Source: an uncultured Nitrospiraceae bacterium (GTDB lineage: Bacteria; Nitrospirota; Thermodesulfovibrionia; Thermodesulfovibrionales; Dissulfurispiraceae). Taken from it: DNA of 64,000 nucleotides. Location of the stretch: assembly GCA_947085205.1 (NCBI GenBank), contig CAMTVO010000010.1, positions 32,001 to 96,000 on the forward strand, given 5' to 3'. Position numbers and translations under genes: made by a program. The notes beneath the pieces were generated by a model, which saw nothing but the letters and a program-made list of their open reading frames with translations, was not told where the DNA came from and ran no database searches. Numbering within the stretch: the stretch's first letter is position 1; each line of letters begins with the position of its first letter. Of the stretch, positions 49,119-59,531 are shown piece after piece.

Positions 49119-49824
49119 AATCAACAAGAGTAATACGAAAGGTCTCTTCAAAGGCTGATTTTGTATGCTCCTTAAATTTTTCATGGTCAAAGTCCGGAAG
49201 CAATTCTTTTAAACCGGACATGCCTTGCATGGAGTATTGGGGTGTTGGAGTATTGGCTTTAAATACCAAGCAGGCCTTTTCATAATCAATGAAATAAGGA
49301 ATAGAGCCTTGTTGCAAAAATCCGTCACTCCACCTCTTCTGCGCGGAGCCTATAAGTTTTTTGTCGCTGAAGCTTATCTCTCCGTAGGATGTGGATTGAA
49401 AACAAATAGGACTCCGCATAAGGCTCCTTCCAGATTCCCTCTCCATCTTCATTGTTACATTTAAACCTGCTTTATTCAGAGCCGACTGAAAGGCAGCGCT
49501 TAACTTACGGTAGGTTTCTAAAAGACCTGCTGAGAATTCTCCTGCGTTTTTTGCGGAAAAGCTGTACGTGAGTTCGTCTCCGTGAAGAATCCCTCTGCCT
49601 CCGGTTGGTCTTCTGACAACCGGAATATTATTATCAATGCAATATTGCAGGTTAATGTCTGTTATCTTCTGGAATGAGCCGAGGCTCACGGACGGACCTG
49701 ACCATCCGTATAATCGAATAGTAGGAGGAGCTTCTCTATTTCTAACATGGATGGCAATGGCCTCATCAAGAGCCATGTTATATGTGGCATCACAGCAACC
49801 GGAATCTATAAATCTCCACTCCAC
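48976..49824 (-). CDS. Lipoate-protein ligase / octanoyltransferase family
   Basis: NMALDEA, RLYGW, VRRPTGGR..LH, KKLIGSAQ. Confidence 0.88.
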   Translation of the reverse strand: MEWRFIDSGCCDATYNMALDEAIAIHVRNREAPPTIRLYGWSGPSVSLGSFQKITDINLQYCIDNNIPVVRRPTGGRGILHGDELTYSFSAKNAGEFSAGLLETYRKLSAAFQSALNKAGLNVTMKMERESGRSLMRSPICFQSTSYGEISFSDKKLIGSAQKRWSDGFLQQGSIPYFIDYEKACLVFKANTPTPQYSMQGMSGLKELLPDFDHEKFKEHTKSAFEETFRITLVDSKPSPHEHEIALLLLSEKYQNPRWTQGAVKDILSCDNNEILKKALQG

Positions 49825-49825
49825 A

Positions 49826-50017
49826 CTACTTCGCTTCTTCCAGCACTATCTTGTGTCTCAGCAGGGATATTTCTTTGACATAACCCTCAAAGGTCTTTTG
49901 TTCGCCAAAAAGATTTCTGAGATAGATTTTGCTTCCTTCAGGTATCAGGACATCCACATTTTCGAGATAGAGATATTCCTTGCCGTCCTTGTAGATATAT
50001 GCATTTGCTTCGCACAT
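49826..50017 (-). CDS. CooT-family nickel-binding protein
   Basis: MCEANAY start, LFGEQK, HKIVL; AGGAGG RBS. Confidence 0.8.
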   Translation of the reverse strand: MCEANAYIYKDGKEYLYLENVDVLIPEGSKIYLRNLFGEQKTFEGYVKEISLLRHKIVLEEAK

Positions 50018-50074
50018 ATTAATCCTCCTTAAAAACAAATTCCAAATCCCAAATCTCAAACAAACACCAATGGG

Positions 50075-50162
50075 AATAAAGGGGACGGTTCTATTTAATT
50101 GACAAATCAGGCAGTGAAATTATAATTGACAACTCAAATTAAATAGAACCGTCCCCTTTATT
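50075..50162. mobile_element. 88-bp element with perfect 26-bp inverted repeats
   Basis: aataaaggggacggttctatttaatt ... aattaaatagaaccgtcccctttatt. Confidence 0.7.
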
Positions 50163-50566
50163 TTCTCTTTTATAGTATCTATCAGCTTCTCTATCAAATG
50201 CGGCAAGGGCTCTTTTGCCGTGCCGATCATCTCTACTCCTTCCTGATTCAGCGGAATCAGAAATTTTTTAGCCGGAGAAGATGCTATTGCCTCTGCCATT
50301 TTAGGCGTAAGCTCGCCGAGCATTCCGTTTGCCATAACAATGCTTAAAGGTCCGGTTATTATATCTACCCTGCTCGAATTCCAGACAATAGCATTTTCTC
50401 CGGTAGCTCCTTTGTTTGCCCTTGCCTTCATCATTGCGCTTGTAGCTGTAGAGTTTGTTCCGAGGGCTGTGATTTCGATGTTGTCTCCGAATTCTTCTCT
50501 CAGCATCTTTATGATAAGGCTGCCGATTCCCCCGCCCTGTCCGTCTATAACAGCGATCTTCTTCAT
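50120..50566 (-). CDS. DUF3842 family protein
   Basis: IAVIDGQGGGIG, GTNSTAT, GATGENA, GELTP. Confidence 0.8.
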   Translation of the reverse strand: MKKIAVIDGQGGGIGSLIIKMLREEFGDNIEITALGTNSTATSAMMKARANKGATGENAIVWNSSRVDIITGPLSIVMANGMLGELTPKMAEAIASSPAKKFLIPLNQEGVEMIGTAKEPLPHLIEKLIDTIKEKIKGTVLFNLSCQL

Positions 50567-50669
50567 AAAAATAAGTATACCCAAAAGGCAACTTAAAAAA
50601 CAAAGGTAACCATTCATCCGGTCATTTAAAAGAGTGAACGATTACAAAAAAAGCATGTTATAATTTCTG

Positions 50670-51860
50670 ATGCTCGACATCCTGAAAATCTTTATTGTCT
50701 TTACTGCAATACTTATTTTTCTAAGGCTCAAATGGAACATAGGATACGTCTTGCTTGTTGCATCAGGATTATTGGCAATCCTTTATCTGATGCCCTTCCC
50801 TGAGATACTTTCTACAATCGAATCCACTGTTAAAGACACTGTGACAATAAAATTATTTTTCGCCCTGACACTGATAAGGATTCTTGAAATGGTATTAAGG
50901 GAAAAAGAAGTTCTGGCAAGAATGATGGAGGCATCGAGGACTCTGCTGAAAAGAAAAAAGGCTGTCATCATCTCTATGCCGATGTTAATCGGTATGCTTC
51001 CATCACTTGGAGGGGCATACTTTTCAGCTCCGATGGTCGATGAATCAACAAAAGGACTCAAAATGTCGCCTGAAGAAAAAGGCTTTATCAACTACTGGTT
51101 CAGGCATCCGTGGGAATACATATTGCCTCTGTATCCCGGAATCCTCCTTGCTTCTGCCGTAACAAAAATCGAGCTCAGAAGCTTAATATTAGCGAATATG
51201 ACATATGCTGCCGTTATTTTCATTACAGGCTTTTTATTCAGCATGAGGAATATAAACAGTCAGGAGTCGAGAGTCGAGACTGTTGACTATAGACTTATGC
51301 TGAGCTTTCTGCCTGTTACTTTGGTTTTGATTCTGGTCATGGCGTTTCACATGGAACTTCATTACGCACTTGGAATAACCATATTGCTTTTGTTTATATT
51401 TTATAAATTCAGTCCCAGAGACATATTCAGAACATTTAAGTATGGCTTTGCAAAGGATGTAATTGCGATAGTCTTTGGAACAATGCTCTTTAAGTTCACA
51501 ATGGAGAATTCAGGTGCAGTAGCGCATTTAAGTAAATACTTTGCTGAAAAAGGAATCCCACTTCTGCCGGTCTTGTTTATCCTTCCCTTTGTAAGCGGCA
51601 TCTTAACGGGCATTACAGTCGGCTTTGTCGGAGGCACATTCCCTCTTTTGATAAGCATCGCAGGAGGCGCACACCTGAATGCGATGACCTTTGCCTTTGC
51701 AGCAGGATTTGTGGGTGTACTGCTATCGCCAGTCCATCTCTGCCTCGTCCTCACCAGGGAATATTTCAAGGCAGACATGTGGGGCATCTATAAAAAGACC
51801 ATACCGGGATGCGCAATAATAATGGCAGGGGCATTGATTATGTATTTTATTTTATCCTAA
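50670..51860 (+). CDS. DUF401 family membrane protein
   Basis: GMLPSLGGAYFSAP, NYWFRH.WE..PLYP, SPVHLC. Confidence 0.8.
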   Translation: MLDILKIFIVFTAILIFLRLKWNIGYVLLVASGLLAILYLMPFPEILSTIESTVKDTVTIKLFFALTLIRILEMVLREKEVLARMMEASRTLLKRKKAVIISMPMLIGMLPSLGGAYFSAPMVDESTKGLKMSPEEKGFINYWFRHPWEYILPLYPGILLASAVTKIELRSLILANMTYAAVIFITGFLFSMRNINSQESRVETVDYRLMLSFLPVTLVLILVMAFHMELHYALGITILLLFIFYKFSPRDIFRTFKYGFAKDVIAIVFGTMLFKFTMENSGAVAHLSKYFAEKGIPLLPVLFILPFVSGILTGITVGFVGGTFPLLISIAGGAHLNAMTFAFAAGFVGVLLSPVHLCLVLTREYFKADMWGIYKKTIPGCAIIMAGALIMYFILS

Positions 51861-51934
51861 AAAGAATAAATTTCATATTTCCTATTTGTCTTTGTCAATT
51901 TGAAGCATGCATGCTCTCCATAAAATCGCTCAAT

Positions 51935-52906
51935 TTAACTGTTAAGGATCTTTGCTGCGTCTTTTGCAAAATAGGTGAGGATAAGGTCAGCGCCTGCCCT
52001 TTTTATGGATGTGAGGATCTCCATCATCACCCTCGTCTCGTCAACCCATCCGAGTTTTGCAGCGGCTTTGACAAGCGAATATTCTCCGCTCACATTATAT
52101 GCTGCCACAGGAACAGCAAAGGACGACTTTATGTCAGAGATAATATCAAGGTAGGAAAGCGCCGGCTTGACCATTACAATATCAGCGCCTTCTTCAATAT
52201 CGAAGGCTGCTTCTTTCAATGCCTCGCGTCTGTTTGCAGGGTCCATCTGGTATGAGCGCCTGTCGCCAAACTGCGGAGTGGATTCTGCCGCCTCCCTGAA
52301 CGGCCCGTAAAATGCAGATGCATATTTTGCTGCATAGGACATTATTGGAATTTCACCGAAACCCTCTCTGTCGAGAGCTGTCCTTATTGCAGCAACCCTT
52401 CCGTCCATCATGTCAGAAGGCGCAACCATATTAGCTCCGGCCTTTGCATGCGATACAGCCTCCATTGCAAGGAGGCCGAGGGTTTTATCGTTGTTCACAT
52501 CCCCTTTTTCTATAACACCGCAGTGTCCGTGGCTTGTGTATTCGCACATGCAGACATCTGTAATTACATAAAGTTCCGGAACTGCGTCCTTGATGGCTTT
52601 AATCGCATTCTGAACAACACCATTGTCGTCATAGGCGCTGGTTCCAAGCTCGTCTTTATGTTCGGGTATGCCGAAGAGTATTATTGCAGATATGCCGAGT
52701 GAGTGGACTTCTTTTGCATTTTTGACTATTTCGTCAACGGATTCCTGATAGCAGCCGGGCATTGAGGAAATTCCCTTTTTTACACCCTTTCCGTAAGTCA
52801 CAAAGAGGGGATAGATAAAGTCATCAGGAGAAAGGGATGTCTGCCTCACCATCCTCCTGATGGTCTCGTTCTTTCTTAATCTCCTGCACCTGTGTACAGG
52901 AAACAT
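51935..52906 (-). CDS. hemB: Porphobilinogen synthase
   Basis: [36 protein letters not shown]. Confidence 0.96.
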   Translation of the reverse strand: MFPVHRCRRLRKNETIRRMVRQTSLSPDDFIYPLFVTYGKGVKKGISSMPGCYQESVDEIVKNAKEVHSLGISAIILFGIPEHKDELGTSAYDDNGVVQNAIKAIKDAVPELYVITDVCMCEYTSHGHCGVIEKGDVNNDKTLGLLAMEAVSHAKAGANMVAPSDMMDGRVAAIRTALDREGFGEIPIMSYAAKYASAFYGPFREAAESTPQFGDRRSYQMDPANRREALKEAAFDIEEGADIVMVKPALSYLDIISDIKSSFAVPVAAYNVSGEYSLVKAAAKLGWVDETRVMMEILTSIKRAGADLILTYFAKDAAKILNS

Positions 52907-52907
52907 C

Positions 52908-53252
52908 TTATCCGCAGCTGCTGCAGCCTGAACTGCAGGATGAACCAGATGCCGAACCGGATGATAATCCAGCGCCGCCGCTGAGTATAAAGCCTTCCCT
53001 CTCGCCGTCATCGTAATAGTCAAGCTGCATTCCGGTTAAAGCCGGTAGCGTGTTCTTATCAACGAATATCCTGAGGCCGTTCTTTTCAATTACCTCGTCA
53101 TCGACTGACGGCCTTTCGTCTATATCGAGGCCGTATGAAGGACCGCAGCATCCTCCGTCGGCATTATAGATTCTGAGACCCCAGCTATCTTTTCCTTCTG
53201 CTGCAAGAATGGCTGTTGCCTTTTCTGCAGCCTTGTCTGTGATTGTAACCAC
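52908..53252 (-). CDS. IscA/HesB family Fe-S assembly accessory protein
   Basis: [17 protein letters not shown], Cys-rich tail. Confidence 0.85.
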   Translation of the reverse strand: MVTITDKAAEKATAILAAEGKDSWGLRIYNADGGCCGPSYGLDIDERPSVDDEVIEKNGLRIFVDKNTLPALTGMQLDYYDDGEREGFILSGGAGLSSGSASGSSCSSGCSSCG

Positions 53253-53365
53253 TTCATAACCTCCAAAAATTTGATACTTATAGCATAAAAAATTATTCCT
53301 TCAAAAAGCAAATTTGCAAATTTTGACTTTTGACCTTTCCCTTTTAGATAGGATATTTTATATAC

Positions 53366-54433
53366 TTGTTCATGTTACTGATACATAGGTCAATTCTGAA
53401 GGAGCTTCTGTCCTCGTTCCTGCTGTCCATCCTTTTCCTGAACTCCACGCTCATGATGGAAAAGCTCTTGAAGTTGAGCAGAATGCTGTCAGGGGTCGGC
53501 GCATCCATTGCCGACATCACACAAATAATCCTTTATCTCCAGCCGCAACTGCTTATACTTACGATACCTATGGCAATGCTCCTGTCTGTGCTTCTTACAT
53601 ACGGAAGGATGAATGCAGACAATGAACTGATTATTCTCCGAAGCAGCGGCATGTCTTTTAGAAGTTTATCCTTGCCTGTTGTGTATCTGGGACTGGCATG
53701 TTTTGTCATCAGTCTTGCCATGAGCTTTTATCTCAGCCCAAAGGGAAGCTCTCTGTTGAGGGGAAAGGTGGCGGAGATACTGATCACAAGAGCGCCAATG
53801 ACCATAGAGGAGGGAATCTTTAATACATCATTCAAAGACATAATTATTCTGGTTAAAGAAAAACCAGCGCCTGACAGGCTTTCGGGAATATTCATTGTTG
53901 ATGAAAGGAAAAAGGAAGAGCAGAAAGTAATCGTTGCAAAAGAAGGAAAGATAGTCCCTGAAAACGAGTCGCTGAGCTTTTCCTTAAGCAGCGGCCACAT
54001 TTATATAACAAAGAAAGCGATATTTACAGATATAGCCTTCGGCAAGTACCACTTTGAACTGAATCCATTTGTTGAATCTGCGGAGAAAAAGAACAGAGAA
54101 CTAATGCCGTTAGAGCTGCTGAAGGCAGCAAAAGAGGCGCCCGACAAAAAGATTCAGGTCTTTCTTGAATTCCACAGGCGGCTTTCTATGCCCGCAATAT
54201 GCCTGATAATAATACTCTTGGGCCCGTCCCTTTCCCTTATGGCAGGGAAATCAGGGAGGCTTGGGGGACTTACAGTGGGATTGTCGGTGTTTGCGGTTTA
54301 TTACACTTTGATGCTTTATGGAGAAAATCTTGCGCGGTCGGAAAAACTTCCGCACATAGCAGGCGCATGGATGTCATTTGTCATACTTGGGGTGTTTTCG
54401 CTTTTTATATTTGAAAGGGTGAATAAGAAATAA
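53366..54433 (+). CDS. lptF: LPS export permease LptF
   Basis: GRMNADNELIILRSSG, EFHRRLS, TM pattern. Confidence 0.85.
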   Translation: MFMLLIHRSILKELLSSFLLSILFLNSTLMMEKLLKLSRMLSGVGASIADITQIILYLQPQLLILTIPMAMLLSVLLTYGRMNADNELIILRSSGMSFRSLSLPVVYLGLACFVISLAMSFYLSPKGSSLLRGKVAEILITRAPMTIEEGIFNTSFKDIIILVKEKPAPDRLSGIFIVDERKKEEQKVIVAKEGKIVPENESLSFSLSSGHIYITKKAIFTDIAFGKYHFELNPFVESAEKKNRELMPLELLKAAKEAPDKKIQVFLEFHRRLSMPAICLIIILLGPSLSLMAGKSGRLGGLTVGLSVFAVYYTLMLYGENLARSEKLPHIAGAWMSFVILGVFSLFIFERVNKK

Positions 54434-55555
54434 ATGCTGATAATACAGAAACTATACATAAAAGAGTTCTTGAAAGTCCTCTTAATCCTCGGCATCGGGA
54501 TATCCGGTGTCTTCAGCATCATAGGACTCATCGACAAGATAGACGACTTCATGCCGCACAAGCCTCCATTCGGCTTGCTTATGAAATATACTTTTTTAAG
54601 CATTCCAAAATACACCCATTATCTCCTGCCGATGGCGATTCTTCTGAGCAGCCTCTTTATATTTTCACAGGCGATTAAACGCAAGGAGATTGTCGCAATA
54701 AAGGCTGCTGCGGGAAAGATGAAGAGCATTCTTGCGCCATTTATTGCAATCGGCGTAATACTTACTCTTTTCGGCTTTGTCCTCGGCGAGATTATTGTTC
54801 CCACTACATCCAAAAGGCTTCATGCCATTAAAAACAAGATAACTAAAAAAGAAAAAGGGGTGACCTTTAAAGAAGGAGCTCTCTATATGAGGGGAAAAGA
54901 CGGCTCCATCGTGAGAATATCCCTCTATCTTCCTGATAAAAACATCTCAAAAGGCGTCAGCATCTTTAAATTTGACGAAGAAGGGCTAAAGGAGAGGATA
55001 GATGCTGAGACTGCGGAATGGGAAGGAAATACATGGAAGCTAAAAGACGTAACGCTTTATGACATGGCAAAGGGCAAAACCATGGCAATAAAAGAGATGA
55101 CTTATCCTGCCATAGAATCTCCGAAGATATTTCAGGAAGACATGTGGAAGGTCGAGGAGATGACCATGATGGAGCTTCTGAAATATCAGAAAAGACTGAG
55201 CGAGGCGGGATTTAAGAATATAAAATTGAGCGTGGATATAAGTTCAAGGCTGTCTTACCCGTTGATAAACTTTTTCATGCTCCTGCTCGGCATATCTCTC
55301 TCCATAGGCGGCGACTTTGCAGAGCAGAGGGTCTTGCAGATTTTCTCCTCGCAGAAGATAAAGGAAGGGACCGTGGGAAGCGGCATCATTGCAGCAGGCC
55401 TTGGACTATTGATAAGCCTTATTTATTGGTTCAGTTATTCTCTTTTCTTATCACTCGGATATGCAGGAACAATTCCGCCGATTATTGCGCCGTGGATTGT
55501 TCCTGCAATATTCGCAGTTGTTTCTATACATCTTTACACTCAAATACCGGAGTAA
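54434..55555 (+). CDS. lptG: LPS export permease LptG
   Basis: EIVAIKAA, RIDAETAEW, IPPIIAPW. Confidence 0.85.
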   Translation: MLIIQKLYIKEFLKVLLILGIGISGVFSIIGLIDKIDDFMPHKPPFGLLMKYTFLSIPKYTHYLLPMAILLSSLFIFSQAIKRKEIVAIKAAAGKMKSILAPFIAIGVILTLFGFVLGEIIVPTTSKRLHAIKNKITKKEKGVTFKEGALYMRGKDGSIVRISLYLPDKNISKGVSIFKFDEEGLKERIDAETAEWEGNTWKLKDVTLYDMAKGKTMAIKEMTYPAIESPKIFQEDMWKVEEMTMMELLKYQKRLSEAGFKNIKLSVDISSRLSYPLINFFMLLLGISLSIGGDFAEQRVLQIFSSQKIKEGTVGSGIIAAGLGLLISLIYWFSYSLFLSLGYAGTIPPIIAPWIVPAIFAVVSIHLYTQIPE

Positions 55556-56241
55556 CCCTCCTTCATTATCTCAACACCTGCACTTGTCCCTATCCTTGTA
55601 GCTCCTGCTTTTATAAAGTTCAAGACCTGAGATAAGGTCTTTATTCCGCCGGCTGCCTTTACCTCTGCCCTGTCTGCTAAAATCTTTTTAATGAGCTTCA
55701 CATCCCTTATGGTTGCGCCTTTTGTGCCAAAGCCTGTTGATGTCTTAATGAACTTTGCGCCGAATAGAGATGCGATTTTCGTGGCTGCAATCTTTTCCTC
55801 TTCTGTGAGATAGCAAGTCTCGACGATAACCTTGTGCACAGCGGATTTTGTGGAAGAGATGATTTCTAAAATCTCCTCTCCGATATAATCCCAGTTGCCT
55901 GACTTTGCAGCGCCGATGTTCATCACAATATCAAGCTCGTCTGCTCCGTAAATGACTGCTTGTTTTGCCTCATGGATTTTTACATCTTTTACGGTCATTC
56001 CTAATGGAAATCCTATGACGGTTGTAACTTTTGTGTCGTATCCTTTTAGTATTGCATTGCAGAGAGGCACAAAATAAGGATTTACGCAAACAGAATAAAA
56101 GTTGTATTTTATTGCGGACGTGCACAATTTGATGATATCCGCCTCTGTTGCCTGCGGTTTTAAAAGGCTCTGGTCTATGAACCTTGCAATTTCATTCCCA
56201 GAGAGACGGGCCTTCTCCCTTTTTCTCTTTGACATATCCAA
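55540..56241 (-). CDS. deoC: Deoxyribose-phosphate aldolase
   Basis: VIGFPLG, KVIVET, IKTSTGF, KAAGGI, RIGTS. Confidence 0.93.
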   Translation of the reverse strand: MDMSKRKREKARLSGNEIARFIDQSLLKPQATEADIIKLCTSAIKYNFYSVCVNPYFVPLCNAILKGYDTKVTTVIGFPLGMTVKDVKIHEAKQAVIYGADELDIVMNIGAAKSGNWDYIGEEILEIISSTKSAVHKVIVETCYLTEEEKIAATKIASLFGAKFIKTSTGFGTKGATIRDVKLIKKILADRAEVKAAGGIKTLSQVLNFIKAGATRIGTSAGVEIMKEGYSGI

Positions 56242-57076
56242 GCACCTCTTGTCTGTATTTTTTCAGGAGCAGTCTCAATACATCCCCGACCTTGAAATTA
56301 GTCTTATCGACCCTGCAAACCGGCATTACCTCCATCGTGGTATTTGTTATAAAAACCTCGGATGCACGATACAGTTCATCTTGAGTGAATGCTCCCTCTT
56401 TCACTTCGACCCCATTTTTTATTGCAAGGTCTATAACCATTGCCCTTGTTATGCCGTCGAGGATTCCGCATTCTACAGAGGGCGTGCATAAAATCCCATC
56501 CTTAATAAAAAAGATATTGCTTATGGTTCCTTCTGTGAGATGACCTGAAGCATTCAACATTATTGCCTCATAAACATCTGCCTGCTTTGCCTCTATCTTT
56601 GCAAGGATGTTGTTCAGAAAATTAAGTGATTTAATCTGCGGATTCAACGCCTCTTTCAGATTCCTTCTGACATCGGCGATGATTAATTTTATTCCATCTT
56701 CATAATACGCCTTTGGATAATTCTTGAATTCGTTTGTTATTACAACAAATGTCGGTTCCTTGCAAAGGTCGGGATCAAGACCTATCGGGCCTTGTCCTCT
56801 GGATACTGTTAATCTGACATACGCATTTGTCAGTTTATTTGCCTGCAGGGTTTCGTAGATTGCGATTTTTATATCAGGTATGTTTTTGGGGATATCAAGG
56901 CCAATGAATGACGCAGAACGGTAAAGCCTCTGAAGATGCTCATCCAGCATAAAGACCACGCCGTCATATACGCGCATGGTCTCGTATATACCGTCTCCGT
57001 ATAAAAAACCGTGGTCGAATACAGAGACCATTGCCTCTGATGCCGGAACAATCTTGTCGTTGAGATATACAAACAT
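56192..57076 (-). CDS. Class IV aminotransferase (branched-chain aminotransferase / ADC lyase)
   Basis: DHGFLYGDGIYET, IKSLN, EGTISN, ILDGITR. Confidence 0.9.
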   Translation of the reverse strand: MFVYLNDKIVPASEAMVSVFDHGFLYGDGIYETMRVYDGVVFMLDEHLQRLYRSASFIGLDIPKNIPDIKIAIYETLQANKLTNAYVRLTVSRGQGPIGLDPDLCKEPTFVVITNEFKNYPKAYYEDGIKLIIADVRRNLKEALNPQIKSLNFLNNILAKIEAKQADVYEAIMLNASGHLTEGTISNIFFIKDGILCTPSVECGILDGITRAMVIDLAIKNGVEVKEGAFTQDELYRASEVFITNTTMEVMPVCRVDKTNFKVGDVLRLLLKKYRQEVLGYVKEKKGEGPSLWE

Positions 57077-57078
57077 TT

Positions 57079-57423
57079 TTAAAACGCCTCCGCTATATGG
57101 TTTACTTCTGCATTTTTGTCTCTGGATATGATGCTCACAACATCAAACCTTACAGGTGATTCTATTCTATTGTGCTTTAAATAATAAAGGGCGATCTTTT
57201 TGAGCTTCTCCTGTTTTCTGTAATCCACTGCCTCAAAGGGCTGGCCAAAGGCACCGCTGCTTCTTGCCTTCACCTCCACAAATACAATCGTATCCTTGTC
57301 TTTAACAATGATATCCGCTTCGCCCAAAGGTGTTTTATAGTTACGATGGAGAATCTTATAGCCCTTTTTCTTTAAATAATTTGCGGCGATATCTTCGCCT
57401 GTTGAACCGAGGGGTTTCATCAA
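57079..57423 (-). CDS. yraN: YraN family (UPF0102) endonuclease-like protein
   Basis: GED.A..YL, GEADII, FVEVK, RFDV. Confidence 0.9.
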   Translation of the reverse strand: MMKPLGSTGEDIAANYLKKKGYKILHRNYKTPLGEADIIVKDKDTIVFVEVKARSSGAFGQPFEAVDYRKQEKLKKIALYYLKHNRIESPVRFDVVSIISRDKNAEVNHIAEAF

Positions 57424-57857
57424 ATATCACCCAAGAAGCCTTCCATCTCTTTGTCTTTGCCGACCTTCACTTCCTCTCCTGCAAGCCTTTCAAGGAGCGC
57501 TGGAATTCCTTCAATGTCCTTAATATCCTTCTGGCAGAGGATCTTTATTATTTCTCTGAATGGCGCAAATTCTTCCCAATGCCCCTTCAAATGCCCTGAT
57601 AATGTTTTATAAAGGCTATCTCCCTTTTCATCCCAGTCCATGAGGAGGATTATCCTGTGAAATCTTTCAGTAATATCCTCACAAAACTCATACATTCCCT
57701 TGCCACCATGAAGAACTATTATTTCACCAATGAGTCCTATTCTTCTCAAGGCGCGGACATCCCTTTTGCCCTCGACAATAATTGGAATGCGCTTATTTAC
57801 CTCATAGAGAGCCTCAAAGACCTCTTTCAGCCTTTCCGCCCTTTCAAAATCGTTCAT
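57420..57857 (-). CDS. Small TOPRIM-domain protein
   Basis: IIVEGKRD, LLMDWDEKG. Confidence 0.8.
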   Translation of the reverse strand: MNDFERAERLKEVFEALYEVNKRIPIIVEGKRDVRALRRIGLIGEIIVLHGGKGMYEFCEDITERFHRIILLMDWDEKGDSLYKTLSGHLKGHWEEFAPFREIIKILCQKDIKDIEGIPALLERLAGEEVKVGKDKEMEGFLGDI

Positions 57858-57890
57858 ACTCTTTCCTCATGGCATGTCTGCCATAGCAAA

Positions 57891-58121
57891 CTACTCCACT
57901 GCCACAAATGTCTCTGTGCGATTTATTCCTTTTATCCTTCTTATTTTCTTAATAATCTTGTCAAATATCTCGGCTGCATCCTTAGCCTCTAAAACAGCTA
58001 TGATGTCATAATGGCCTGTGACAACATCAGCATTTACAACACCTTTTATACCCATTAGTGTATCCCTTATGGATACATCCTTTCCCGGCAATACATTCAC
58101 AAGCAAATAGACCCGTGCCAT
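57891..58121 (-). CDS. Stand-alone Lrp/AsnC ligand-binding (RAM) domain protein
   Basis: VTGHYDII, IRRIKGINRTET; no HTH. Confidence 0.85.
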   Translation of the reverse strand: MARVYLLVNVLPGKDVSIRDTLMGIKGVVNADVVTGHYDIIAVLEAKDAAEIFDKIIKKIRRIKGINRTETFVAVE

Positions 58122-58186
58122 GACATCCCTCCTGATAGTTTTATTAAAATTATACGATTTTTGCGGCAAATTAGCTAAAGGTAAAA

Positions 58187-59452
58187 TTAACGGCAGGTAG
58201 CTGGCTCTAATAGATAGCCAAATCTCTTCTTGAATTCCTCAGGTGTTAAATTCGCTGTCTTTGCGAGGCGTTCTAAATTCTCTCCTTCGAAGTCTTCCTT
58301 TTCGAGCCTTATCATATATTTTCTTCCAACCTCGTAGGTCTCGGAGGAAATATCAACAGTCCTTACCTTTACCCTTCCTGTGGCATAATCTATCACCTCT
58401 ACGAATGGTATGGGCCTCAGGCGTCCTTCAAAAAAGGTTATCATTGAACCTGTGCCTCCCCTTAAAAGATAACGCACAGCGCCATAGCCGAGATTTCTCG
58501 TGTATTCGATGTCGAATGGTATAGGGTCTGCTGCCCGCAATTCATAGCCGATGTTTTTGTCCACTATTGTGACCTTTATACCGAATGAATCGAGGATATT
58601 TTTCACTATGTTTTTAAGCACCCTGCCGAGTTGGATTTCTGAAAGCCTTATCCTGCCTGTCTCATCCTTTTCGAGATGCTCGAATGTGCTTAATTCTTCA
58701 AGGTCGAACTTTTCTGCTATTCCCTCTGCAAGGACTGCAACGCCGTGATCCTTGCCCATAGAGAGCCTTTTTATGATTGAGCCGGCAAGCATGTCCGCAA
58801 CTTTTTTAAGAGAAAGCTTTTCTTCGAATTCTTCTGAAATGAGGGTTATTGTTGCGCCTGCTGCCTTTCCCATACCCAGAGCCAAATGTCCTGCATGCCT
58901 TCCCATAGTTGTTATAAAGTACCATCTGCCAGTAGTCTTTGCGTCTTCCATTATGTTTTTGACGATTTCGACCCCCCAGTGCCTTGCTGTCTGGTACCCG
59001 AATGTAGATACGCCTCCGGGCAGAGGAATGTCATTGTCTATGGTTTTGGGTACATGGACGACATTTATAGAGCCTCTCGCCTCTTTTTCTATCCAGTTTG
59101 CCATGAAGAGAGTTCCTTCGCCGCCGATGGTGATGAGATATCGGATTCCGAGCTGCTTGAGGGTGGCCATGAGAACTTTAAACTTCTCTTTTACCCTGTC
59201 TGGATAGTCACGGGAAGTTCTGAGTATGGAGCCTCCCTGCGTATGTATCCTTGAGACATCGTCTATGGTGAGGGGAATTGCACTGCTTTTATCGCCGTTG
59301 AATAGGCTCTTAAAACCGCCCATGATTCCCAGAACGCTCTTGCCTTCATTGATTGCCTCAATCGCAGCAGAGCTTATGACGCCGTTTATTCCCGGCGCAG
59401 GCCCTCCGCCGACTATTATACCGACTATGTCCTTAGCTTTACTCGCCCGCAT
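58187..59452 (-). CDS. 6-phosphofructokinase, Pfp-like clade
   Basis: GGGPAPG, GGSILRTSR, PKTIDND, MGRHAG, GYELR. Confidence 0.88.
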   Translation of the reverse strand: MRASKAKDIVGIIVGGGPAPGINGVISSAAIEAINEGKSVLGIMGGFKSLFNGDKSSAIPLTIDDVSRIHTQGGSILRTSRDYPDRVKEKFKVLMATLKQLGIRYLITIGGEGTLFMANWIEKEARGSINVVHVPKTIDNDIPLPGGVSTFGYQTARHWGVEIVKNIMEDAKTTGRWYFITTMGRHAGHLALGMGKAAGATITLISEEFEEKLSLKKVADMLAGSIIKRLSMGKDHGVAVLAEGIAEKFDLEELSTFEHLEKDETGRIRLSEIQLGRVLKNIVKNILDSFGIKVTIVDKNIGYELRAADPIPFDIEYTRNLGYGAVRYLLRGGTGSMITFFEGRLRPIPFVEVIDYATGRVKVRTVDISSETYEVGRKYMIRLEKEDFEGENLERLAKTANLTPEEFKKRFGYLLEPATCR

Positions 59453-59531
59453 TTTTTAATATCTCCAGAATAAGCGCATCTTTTAAATAGAAACCTATTT
59501 CTTTTAATTTGTCCATTACCGTTTCATGCAT
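59439..59531 (-). pseudogene. Internally deleted DUF3368 (PIN-like toxin) remnant
   Basis: MHETV-MDKLKEIGFYLKDALILEILKNAGE*; overlaps the UPF0175 stop. Confidence 0.65.

Noticed and set aside
51935..53023. Long N-terminal extensions in the ORF track (hemB, ROK kinase, ribBA, bamA, csgG, cooT, RRM)
   Set aside because: Downstream starts with RBS or family-typical N-termini fit better.
52908..53252. HesB-like selenoprotein
   Set aside because: The motif is GGCCG with no in-frame TGA.
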